This document shows, one piece after another, positions 38,401 through 49,660 of a stretch of DNA of 64,000 bases. Where the stretch lies: contig CAJFCJ010000005.1 of assembly GCA_904063045.1 (NCBI GenBank), positions 1,751,988 through 1,815,987 on the forward strand, in the 5' to 3' direction. The notes below the pieces were generated by a model. The model was not told the origin of the DNA. It saw only the letters and a program-made list of their open reading frames with translations, and made no database searches. A program made the position numbers and the translations under genes. Source of the stretch: Dimorphilus gyrociliatus. Taxonomy: Eukaryota > Animalia > Annelida. Numbering within the stretch: the stretch's first letter is position 1; the number at the start of each line of letters is the position of its first letter.

Positions 38401-40744
38401 ACGGTACAATGAAACTGTTTTATAGGGATTTATGTGTATAAATTTTTAAAATATTAATCATAGAATACTTTTATCTTTAAGACATTTAATTAATTTCTCT
38501 CAAAAAACGTTGCTATTGTACTAAACAAAACATGGAGAAGAAAATTTTCATTATGATTTTTCTATAGAGTAGAGTAAATTTTCTAATCTTATTCATCTTT
38601 TTAAAAATGAAAAGATCTACTAACAATACAAAAATGATAAGTTTAGCTGTTGAAGATGGAAAATAATTCATTTTTTCTTCTTTGTCCATAGACTGACAAT
38701 AAAAGCGACGTGTCCGATGTATTTACAAGTGAGTGTAATTCTCTATTACCTTTATACATATTAAGTAACATTCTTTAATTTGAGGCAGAATGAATAGTAA
38801 ATTTTTTGTTAATATTTGCAGGATTTTCCATTAGGTAGGCCTGTTGTCAAAAGATATGTCAATTGCTTATTTACTGTATGACTCCGTTAGATGAACAGCT
38901 GTGTCCATTACAATTCGGCAGCTGTAAGTATACTTTAGCTATCTTTGTCTGGTGTCTGGTTTATATAAATACAATATATATATATATCATTTTCTTTGAT
39001 AGAATTGTTTAAAATGTTATATATCTGTTTTTTATTAATTAATAATAAAAAATTTTATGCAATAGACGCCTATGGGAAAGATCAACTCGAGTATGTTTGG
39101 AAATACGGTGCTAAAAATTCAATTAAGACCTCGAAAGATATGAGATTATCGCAATTCGACATGCCCGGACAGACTGCTGTAAATTGCACAGAAAATAGGT
39201 CTAAGGGTATATAATAAAGAGTAATTTTCTTCCACTGACAACAATCGAATTAATTATGACTACGGGCAACAGGCGAATTCTCGACGTTAAAAGTCAATTT
39301 CCGACTTCAAAGACATATGGGTTACTTTCTTATACAAGTCTATGTACCATGTACACTCATAGTCATCTTATCATGGGTATCTTTCTGGTTGAATAGGGAA
39401 GCAACCGCCGATCGATTAACTTTGGGTATTAATATAATTTATAATATAGCTTTTTATTAACTATATAATATAATAGATAATGAATAAGTTTCTTATATAT
39501 ATATATATATATAGACATTAATATCAACGTTATCTGTGCTCATCCAGGAATAACAACTTTTCTTACTTTAACGACTCTATGCATGGACGCTAGAGAGGAT
39601 GTTCCTCAAGTTCCTTATGCAACAGCTCTTGACTGGTTTATAGTAATGTGCTTCGGTTTTGTTATCGCTTCATGCTTGGAATTCGCCGGAGTACATTATT
39701 TTACGAAGAGAGGTTTCGGTGAGATACAGCATGATAGCGATTCCGAAGACGAATGGATGGATGACGAAGAATTGGAATGCGATATCAGTTGTACACCCGT
39801 CACCACCTTCTGCTATAATAACGTATATGCTGTATATATAAATATATAATATAAATAAGTGAATATTTATATGTATGTATATATAAGTATATATTGTATA
39901 TTTATAATATATACATTATCTTATATACTTTACATATATACATATATAAGCCTATATAACGTAAATATTTACTCTAAAAACTTATCTATAAGACAGTAGT
40001 TGTGAAAAGCATTAAATTTTAAAACATGTTTTATATTATAATTAATTAAACAAGTAAGGTAAATAGATTGAGCCTATATATTAGAATTTATGCTTTTCTT
40101 CCGCCGTTCCGACGCCTCCTTCTGACCTTGAAACAAAAAAAAACTCCAATACAGAAATCATCAGTCTACACAGAAAATAATCATATAACTTTATACGAAG
40201 AAAGATCTCCAACTAATTATTGGAACAATCGAAATAAGAATAGGACATTATCTACTTCAAATTCGCCAAAAAATACAACTCATGGTGATTCCTGTTTATA
40301 CAAATTTTATAGATGTTTACAAGTAAGTTTGTTTTCAAAGTTTTTCTATTTTTTATCTTCTTCATCCTTTTTGTCGCAACTCGATTTTGTAAATGAGTGA
40401 ACTAGCTTTTATGTAAACAACATATCTAATTAAGGGCTTCTGATTGAGGGAGTTTGTCCCATTTAAAGAAAAAAAAACAAAAAGAATAAATTTTGTTAGT
40501 TTGTAAAGGTCGCATGTGGTTTGCATATAAACTCAAGTGTCTGACTAATAAATTAAATGACGGGCAGAGCAACCTCAAGTACCGACGATTAATGATTAGA
40601 GGAGCGGACAAGCGCGATGTCAACCGTGTTTCCAAGATTGACAGAGTGTCCAGGGTACTTTTTCCACTATCCTACCTTCTGCTGAATGTTATCTATTGGT
40701 TGTCATACCTATCAAGACACACGAATGAACCAATTCGTTGGTAA
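35221..40744 (+). CDS. Cys-loop ligand-gated channel subunit, GABA-A alpha-like (GRD/8916 group), copy 1
   Basis: Signal peptide exon 35221-35255. Then [41 protein letters not shown], Cys-loop CPMYLQDFPLDEQLC, M1 [24 protein letters not shown]2 [18 protein letters not shown]3 [12 protein letters not shown] and M4 [10 protein letters not shown]. Confidence 0.92.
35390..35465 (+). repeat. Imperfect (TA)n tract followed by purine-rich (GA) repeats in GABA-receptor intron 1
   Basis: Directly visible; explains the spurious ORFs at 35247-35636 and 35368-35586. Confidence 0.85.
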
Positions 40745-41094
40745 CGGTGTGCCATCTGCTGGCATCCAAACATCTTCATTTTCAACAATCGAAAAAATTT
40801 CAATTATATGCTAAAAAACACTTTTACAAGACAAAAAATGATTATGCAATCTAAGAGATTTTTAATAAAAAAAAAGAAATACTGATAAAATCATGTTTAT
40901 TCTTTCTCTGTTTATTTCTATTGATTGTTTTTTGTTTTTTTTAAAAAAAAATAAAGCAAAAAAAAAGAAAAAGAGTACAGTGGAGGAAAGATATACGATG
41001 AGTTGTAATAAATTTTCTTTCCTCTTTGAAGGAAGAAAATAGGCTTTTAAGAGCAGCTTTTTTCTTCTTTCTTTTTTTTCTCCTCTTCATTCTT

Positions 41095-44000
41095 TCACAT
41101 TAATGCTCCTGTTCCGTCGCTATTTGATCCAAGGTACAGATTCCAATAAAAGATATTGAGTAAAGTGAAAGCAGTCGGAAAAAGAATTCTGGAGGCCTTA
41201 TCGATTTTGCTAACCGAATTAATACCGTCTGAACTACGAACTTTCATATCCCGATAAGCCGAACTTCCGGTAATACAATGATATAATTTAGAGCAACATC
41301 TCTCTTGATCAGATGATTTCAAGCTGTGAAACGACGGCGTCTCTTTCTCTGAAGTTCCATTTAATTTCGATGTGTATTTTTTCTTCTGACTTACATAGTA
41401 TATTTTGTCATTAGCCTATTTAAAAGAAAATTAAATATAATAAAACTATATGTCATACTTGATATACTAATGGCTGTATAAGGATCTTTTTAGCGCCTAA
41501 AATAAAGTTAATTGAGACAAATCAGCGCATGGTACCTTTTCGCTTAAAGGAATTTGCTTTCCATCTGAGTAAGTTCCACTTGTTAAAATTTCAATCTCCT
41601 CATCGTCAGCAACAGAGTATTCCTCCTCCTCTTCTTCCCCTTCATCTAAATCTGATTCCTGCACTACCTCACCACTACCGTGCTTTGTAAAAAAATGAAC
41701 GCTAGCAAATTGTATGATAGCTGCTAGGACAAATGCAAAGCACATGTTGACGAAGTAGTCAAGGGCAGTTGAATAAGAAACCTGTTTAAAAAACAGAAGA
41801 CATGAGCAAATAGAATCCTTGAAAATATATAGAAAATAAAAAAAGGTGGTTCTGTAATTGGTTAACAAAAAATCTTAGCCATCATTTTTATTACTTTACC
41901 CTTTGACAAACATTAAATATATATACTGTATATTCGATTTAGATTATAATAAACCATGTAGAAAATGAGGAAAATTGTTTTGCTTCATCGATAATTGAAG
42001 AACACGAGAAATATATACAAAAAAAAAGGTAGAATATAAATTATGGAAGAGAAGAATACCTTTGGAAGATCGCTTCTGTTATCAACTCCAACGAATACCA
42101 TTGTTAAAACAGTTGTTATTCCTTAATATATAAATTTTGGTCAGATTTTCTACTTGTATTTAATAAATATGAAATAAATTCCTTTACCTAATGTTATCCT
42201 ATCGGCAGTTGCTTCTCTATTTATCCAAAATGCTACCCATGATAAAATAACCAGAAGTGAACAAGGAACGTAAACATTAATTAAAAAATAGCCCATATGT
42301 CTTTTAAGAGTAAAAGTAACGTGAAGAAGAGAGAATTGATCTGTTAAAACAGATGAAAGGATAAATGAACAGAATGAAGAGTATATATACCAATATATAC
42401 TAATATATATATAGTTTCTATAATAATTGACAGAAGGAAAAAGAGAGGAAACATGTTTTTTTTATATATAGGGCTTCCTTTTGTGATATTTTTAAGATTT
42501 CACACCAATATTAGGGAACATAGGATGGGCAAGCAGTTTCATACGTGATTTGGTTGTCGAAATGTAAGGGAAGGAAAAACAGAAAGAAACGATAGAAAAA
42601 CAGGATGATTACCTTGTCCATGAAAAATTGTTTTGTTCCCTTGAGGAAAGTTGATCAGATCGAACTGGGATAGGGTCATATCAGACGCCATCTTGATCGA
42701 ACTTCCCGCCCCGTAGGTCCATTTATAAAGGACGTCGGATATTCTATAGCCATGGCTGGCTAATCGTAAAGGACAGTTCTGTGTATCCATCGGAAAATTT
42801 TCAAGGTGCATTGGGCAGGTAGCTTTTATAGTAAGCCTGTTATTTCAATAGGAGTATATAAAATATATATATATGTAGGACTATTAGGCAATATATAAAC
42901 AGTATAACGTAATAAAAAAAAGCCGACCAACAAAAACAAAGCTAAATGAGCCTTGGTAAAGTGCAAACGAAAACACATTTCAAGTAGGAAATGAGAATTT
43001 ATTTAGACGCTTTCTCTCATTCAAGCTTCTTAAAATGATAGAAAGAGACGGAAACTTTGCTTAATGATAAAAAAAAGGAAATAGTCTTAAAAGAATAATT
43101 TAAAAAATATATATACAAACCTCATTGAGTATAAAATTCTACCATCTTTGTTAACTCTTAACAACTTGTTAGGTGATGTTACCGTGTGCAAATACGATTG
43201 TTTGCCGTTTAAAAAATGAGTATCCGGCTTCCAGATTTTCTCAAGAAAGGTAATACTAACACGTAGAGTCTCTATATCACCGGCCTCAAATTCTAATCGC
43301 TTATCGACCCAACTTTGACGGAAGTAACAATCCATCTGATAAGCCATATCCCTCTCGGAGACTGGACCCATACTTCTAACATTTAGATTAACGTCAACTA
43401 GAGTCGGTGCCCCTGAAATCGAAAGGAGTTTAAGGATAACTTTTATCCCTCTCTATTTTATCTCGCTTCCTTTCTTTCATTCTTGTATACAAATATAAAG
43501 GGGAAGGAGGAGGAAGGAGAGAGAGGATATAAAGATTCCCTCGAAAAAATAGCTCTTCTAAATAAATAAGAAAAAATATTCCAATAAATCGCTTATGGGG
43601 AATTATATGGTCGCAATCTCATTACGATTATTCATTTAAGGAACGAGAGTCTACAAGTAATAAATGTAAAAAAACTAAGGACAAATATAAAGAGTTTTTA
43701 AAGTAAACATATAATATACAGAGTATATATTTAATATCTATTTTCTACCCCTTTTTTCCCCTTACCGCAATTCCTTTCCCCCTCTGTCCAATCGACCAGA
43801 TTTTTTTTTCTTCTTCTATTCATATTGTATATACTATATTCATACACCTTCTATAAATATATACGCTGTATATACAGTATATAAAAGAAAGATGAACATA
43901 TAAAAAAAATCAAGAAGAAAAAAACCGAACGCCATCATCGAAAAGTCGATAATCACCTCCGAATCCCGGTCGCAATCTCTTATCATATCCCTGGAGAAGT

Positions 44001-44116
44001 TTATCCAAAAGTTGTGTTGTATTTCGAACGATTTCTTCCCTATTTTGCCACGTTGAATTCTTCGAAACCACACCGTCCAAGGGTGATAAGACAACCGTTA
44101 CCAACAATAAAAACAT
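41095..44116 (-). CDS. Cys-loop ligand-gated channel subunit, GABA-A alpha-like (GRD/8916 group), copy 2
   Basis: Exons 44116-43957, 43412-43121, about 42836-42617, 42339-42188, 42122-42061, 41783-about 41536 and about 41413-41095. Motifs [53 protein letters not shown] and IDKASRILFP. Confidence 0.93.
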
Positions 44117-44473
44117 TTCGCCTCCTTATCTTTTTCTTTCTTCTACCGACGAAAAGCGTTTATCCAATAGCTAACGTCAGTTACGTTTTGCCGCCGTCTC
44201 CATCATACAGACAGCGCCGTTATTTATCTCCGGGGCGTCTCTCATTCCCTATTCCTTTATTTACTTTTTAAAAAGACGCTTAATAGGTTAAACCGTTTAT
44301 GCTTTAATTTTCCTTTACCTCACCAAATCCTTTTCTATTAGAGAAAGATATTCTCATTTATATTATAAAAAATAAATTGCTTGATAGATATTATACTGTA
44401 TTTATACATACTGTATATACAGTCTAATATATATATATATATATGTATAGGCATATATGGTATATACCTTAAA

Positions 44474-44505
<32 letters not shown>

Positions 44506-45346
44506 CTTTATATATAGACATATAATTTACATATACATTATACTATATTTATAAATTTCGTACATACGCCAGTTTATTAAGTAAGTATTAACAAATAAAA
44601 ATATGGAATGATATCAGTGAAGAAGTTAGGGATGCAACCAACTGACGGCTCAAAAGTACATTTTATAACAAACAACGTTTTCGATCAGCTTAATTCCAGA
44701 TGGCGCCTTCGGGTAGGAATGTTTGCATAATATTACATTTCAGAATGCGACTCGAGTAAATCACAATAAAATAGAATATTATCTTAATTAATAAAAGTAT
44801 TATCTAAAAGATTTTGTAACTTTTATATAGTAAACTATAGAATTGTTTTTAAATTGGTCTATCCCATGAGAATTAGAAAAACTGATTAATAGACGATTTT
44901 GCGTTAATGAAAAAACGCTTAAGGTTTACTTAAATAACTTCACTGTCATAAAAAAGAAAAATCGAAAAAGTAGATTTAATTAAATCCCAGGTGTTTAACT
45001 TTCATTCGTCATGTATGGTCTTATAACAGAATATGTATATAGTAATAAATTCTCTTCCTTAAAGGTAAGACAATTAACTGCAGATGGCGCATTGATTTCG
45101 TCATCAGTTACTTGAATAGACGAAATATAAATTTTATACAAACATCAGCTGGCAAAGTCATCATCAGAAAGCAACTTATGTCCGTTTAAATTATTTCAGC
45201 TAATTTCAATGCAAAAGACGATTATGTAATAACTAAAATTCTCTTTTTATTCCATTCTTATAAAAAGTTTCTAAAACAGATAAAAGGCCTACTTTATAAA
45301 AAAAAAAGAGAAATATTCAATGCTATTTTATGCCATAGGAATTCAC

Positions 45347-46572
45347 TTATTCTAAGTTTGTAAAATCAGAGCAACCAGTCATTTCAGCTGCCTTTGTGGT
45401 AAACTTTTGCGACAATTCTTCATTTAGAGCAGTTGCTTCAATAGTTTCAAATGTGCATTCGCTATTTAAATAAAAAATACAAAAAATTACTATACTTATT
45501 TAAAGCTATTTTAGACAATTAGCTTACCCATATAATTTTCCCGTTACATCCTTCTCTTCTTCAGCAACAGCCGCTTGAATTATGCTTTGCGCTCCATCTT
45601 TTGGAGCTTTCATTAAAAACCAAACAATTGGACTAAGTGATATTCTTAGAAAAGAATTTTGCTTAAAAGGCATATGTCTTTGGGCACCAGTGTTAACGAC
45701 TCCAGGTTGAATGGCATTGATGCATACCTCACTACTCGGTATTTGCTTACTTAGCACGAGTGTATCAAGTAAAATTGCTAATTTTGATTGCGAATATGCT
45801 TCACCAGGAGTGTAAGAACGCGATTCGAAATTCAGATCATCCGTATTCACTTCGGCTATGCGATAAGCATGAGCTGTGACATTAACAACACGGCTACCAG
45901 GATTTTTACGCAACAAAGGCATAAGAAGACGAGTTAATAAGTATGGTCCTGCGTAAAAAGATGAATTACAGCTTTTTTTAAAAGCGACGTCTCTAATTTT
46001 AAATTATTGCCTTCTTACCTAAGTAATTGACAGCTAAATGAAGTTCGAAACCATCCTTAGATTTGCCTTCGGGGTGACACATAATGCCCGCATTGTTTAC
46101 CAAGATGTTCAAACGCTCATACTTTGTTTCAATCTGTTTTACTACTTCTCTAATTGATTCAAAACTCGCCATATCAATTTCCATAACGTCAACGTCGGCT
46201 TTAGGAAATCTTGTTTTTAGCAAACTCAAAGCTTCTTGGCCCTTTTCCATACATCTAACACCCATTATTACCTTGGCTCCTCTCTCTGCAAAGTCCGCAC
46301 ACGTGGCAAATCCAATGCCTCCATTACCCCCAGTAACAAAAGCAATTTTGTCCTTTAGCGAAACTGTACTTTGACATTGTGCTCCCCTCATGTACTGCCT
46401 ATGAACGATAATATATTAATACAATTTCATCGTTACTTGAATTTGCTGAATCATGTTTAGAAACATACCGAATGGCGTAAACAACACCTATAACCACAGC
46501 GATTAGAATGGGATACCACGAGTTTATAAAATCTTCGCCGGGAGGCTTTCCGTCTGGAAACATCGAGCCCAT
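45347..46572 (-). CDS. Retinol dehydrogenase 11/12/13-like short-chain dehydrogenase/reductase with N-terminal membrane anchor
   Basis: Four exons in phase (46572-46469, 46399-46017, 45949-45527, 45461-45347). Motifs TGGNGGIG, LVNNAG, FELHLAVNYLG and YSQSK. Confidence 0.92.
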
Positions 46573-47184
46573 CTTTTTGGACTCTTATTGTATTGGATTG
46601 ACACTGTCAATGGAATAAATCGATATCGATAAGAGTTATTTCAATCGCATCGGGATTTGAAAGCCCTAGTGAAGTAAAACATAATTGACTATCTAATCAA
46701 TTATTATCTAAAAATTTAAGGAAGCATATATATGTGCTTTAGTAAATGCAAATATATTTAAATTGATTAATATCATAATTATAAATTTAACTTTTATTAG
46801 TCTTCTAAAGTAATTTGCCTTTCTGAATCGTATATCGAATTATACGATAAATACATCGAATCGAAAAATATAAAACTTATTCTCGTTGATAAAAATGGAA
46901 CAAGTTGCAAAAGTAAAAATATTGTTATAAATCATGTATAATAAACGTTAGAAGTAAAGTTTAACGATAAAACTACAAACTTTCAAAGATTTTTCATACG
47001 TAAACAGTTCTGTCTACGTCACTACCGGTCGGTCACATGGCCTACTGAACAACAGTCGACAGAAAGTAGGCCTCTTCACAACTGATTATTCACTTTAAGC
47101 ATGCGATCTAACAAATATTCAACTGTTATTTTTATACTCCAACTGCCAATTTAACCCAAGGTAACAATTATCATCTGAACTGAA

Positions 47185-49660
47185 ATGAAACCCAATTTAA
47201 TATCAGAAGAATCTGAGAATGATGAGAAGGGAGATTTTATACAAATCTCTGGTCATAAAGGGATCTGTAAATCAGCATCGTCGAAAACTATTTATAAGAA
47301 ACTTAAGAATGGAAATAACGAAAATTATGCCTATTTAAAGGCTATGGAAGATGAATATGCCAGAGTTTGTATTCCAAGATTTTTTAGGGCTTTAAAAGAC
47401 GGTGATCAAGCTCTTATCGAATTGGAGAACTTAATGCAGTACTTTAAAAGTCCAAATATTATGGATATCAAGCTGGGCTGTAGGACCTTTGAAGAAAACG
47501 AGGTACAAAGTACTGTTTTACGGGAGGATTTATACGATAAAATGCTGAAATTATACCCCGACTGCTGTAGTGAGGAGGAGAAGAGGGAGAAAGCTGTGAC
47601 AAAATTAAGGTCAATAGTTCATTTTTCTTTATTAACATTTTAGAATTCTATAAATTCTATATTGTCTCTATTTAAGGTCAATTTTATTAGCGGAATCGGA
47701 TATTTCATACAGGGTAATTAATTGATTTTGCGCCTAGCAAGTCTTAAGAATTAATATAGTTAGAAATTTGCCTTTACAGCTGTAATTTAGAGGGAGAATG
47801 TTATTTTTTATTTACATTTAGGAAATAGAAATTAATAATAAACTAAACAATGAATAGTCCAAGATTTTCACTTATTAATAATACTTATCAGTATATATAT
47901 ATATATATATATATGCTGTATATACACATACGTATCTCTCTCTCTATATATAATACTCAATATTACTAGGTACTATACATTGCATATTTATATTTATGTA
48001 ACATATAAACACTAAAATATTGTTTATTAAAAGATCTTTGATTTCAAATGAATCACGATTTTTCCAGAGTTTTTATACTTTTTACAGACATCTAATACTT
48101 GTATATTAAAAGGATAAAAAGCATTTATCTCTATTCCAATCGGTTAAAAACAAAGTTCTCTTTTTACGAAATCGCTTACGGTCTCTCTCTCTCTCTCTCT
48201 CTCGTTTATTGTGTAAAATAAAAATCTTTTATTACTTTTGTTACTTTTTTATAGAAATAAATTAAAAATCTTGATGCTTTTCTACTATTCTCTTTTCTCT
48301 CTTCAACTATTTCTGGATGTATAAAACATAGGGAAAATTGATTGTTACATATACTAATATATACAATATATGAATGTATTCGCTAGTATATGATAATAGA
48401 TGAAATGTCTTATTGAGTATTTTTGACGTATTGACCTTTTTTAACGACAAAGAGTTTTCTTTGAAGAGAAAACTTTTTAATCTATACCTAATCTAATCAT
48501 ATAAATAGAAATTTCGCACGAGATACATAATGACTGTATTGTTTATATGATTCTAGATTAATATATACTTTGTATACAAACATAAAAAATCTATATTTTA
48601 ATAATTTTAACAAAAGTTTACTGATTATTAATAGGATATTAAGTCTTTTTTTAATATAGATCACACGATTTTTATTAGTATTGGCAGGTAATGAATATAC
48701 ATTAGATTATATGTATCATTTAATCTATACCTATTCTGTATATAAATTACTTAGTATAAAATAAACATAGATCAATGTATTTAGGTAGATTATTTCAAAT
48801 TGTGAAATGGATCTCTTTATTTTTATATTTCAATACTTCACGAAAACATTGTTTATAATGTAGAAAGAAGAGTATTATACATATAATTTATACAGTATAT
48901 AAAGAACTATAGCCGCATACACGTTGCATGGTAAACGTATTAAAAAGTATAAGAATCAGGCATATATTACTAACAGGAAATTGGTAAATGTGTGCTGTGC
49001 TCATTATAACTTATCGAAAGTCAATATTTGTTCCAGTCAAAATTATTTACTAAATGTAGAAATTTTTGGCCTTGTGGCATTATATTTTTTTATTTTTAAA
49101 GCAAATTTCTTACTCAAAATGTAAACTCAAATATTAATATTTTAACATATATTTTATTAATGATTGTTATTAAATAATGATATTAATTTTTTGTTACAAC
49201 TATTTATTTTAATAGATATATGCAAGTTAGAGAAAAAATGTCTACTACTTCTAAGCTTTCCTTTAGGATTGAGGCAGTTCATAGTTCGACTGCAAAATAT
49301 TCTCAGGACGTTAAAAAAATCACTAATTCCGTTCAAGTTTTGGATTGTTTTAAATTCTTTTTGAATAAGGCTCACGATAAAAGACTTTTGGAGACTTTAG
49401 TTGAAAGAATTAAGCAATTAAGATGTAATATAGAGAATAGTGAATTCTTTCAAACCCATCAAATAATAGGTAGTTCGTTACTGCTAATACATGACGGATC
49501 AAATTGTGGTGCTTGGATCATTGATCTTGCACACGCAATCCCCGCTCCTGACGGAATACAGAGATTGAATCATAGAAGCGATTGGAAATTTGGTAATGGA
49601 GAAGATGGAATATTAACTGGTTTAGACAACATTATCCGCCTATTTCGATCATTCCTTTAG
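47185..49660 (+). CDS. Inositol-trisphosphate 3-kinase-like (IPK family), catalytic domain only (~289 aa)
   Basis: Exons 47185-47609 and 49216-49660 join as KLR|YMQVRE. Motifs IQISGH, PNIMDIKLG (PxxxDxKxG), IIGSSLLLI and WIIDLA. Confidence 0.85.

Noticed and set aside
41385-41400. Perfect GTAAGT donor-like site inside a GABA copy 2 exon
   Set aside because: No downstream acceptor gives a plausible in-frame intron; read as exonic (YVSQ).
44620-45230. GC-richer patches with GATGGCG motifs between GABA copy 2 and the SDR
   Set aside because: No phase-consistent exon chain was found; YY1-like motifs alone are too short to call.
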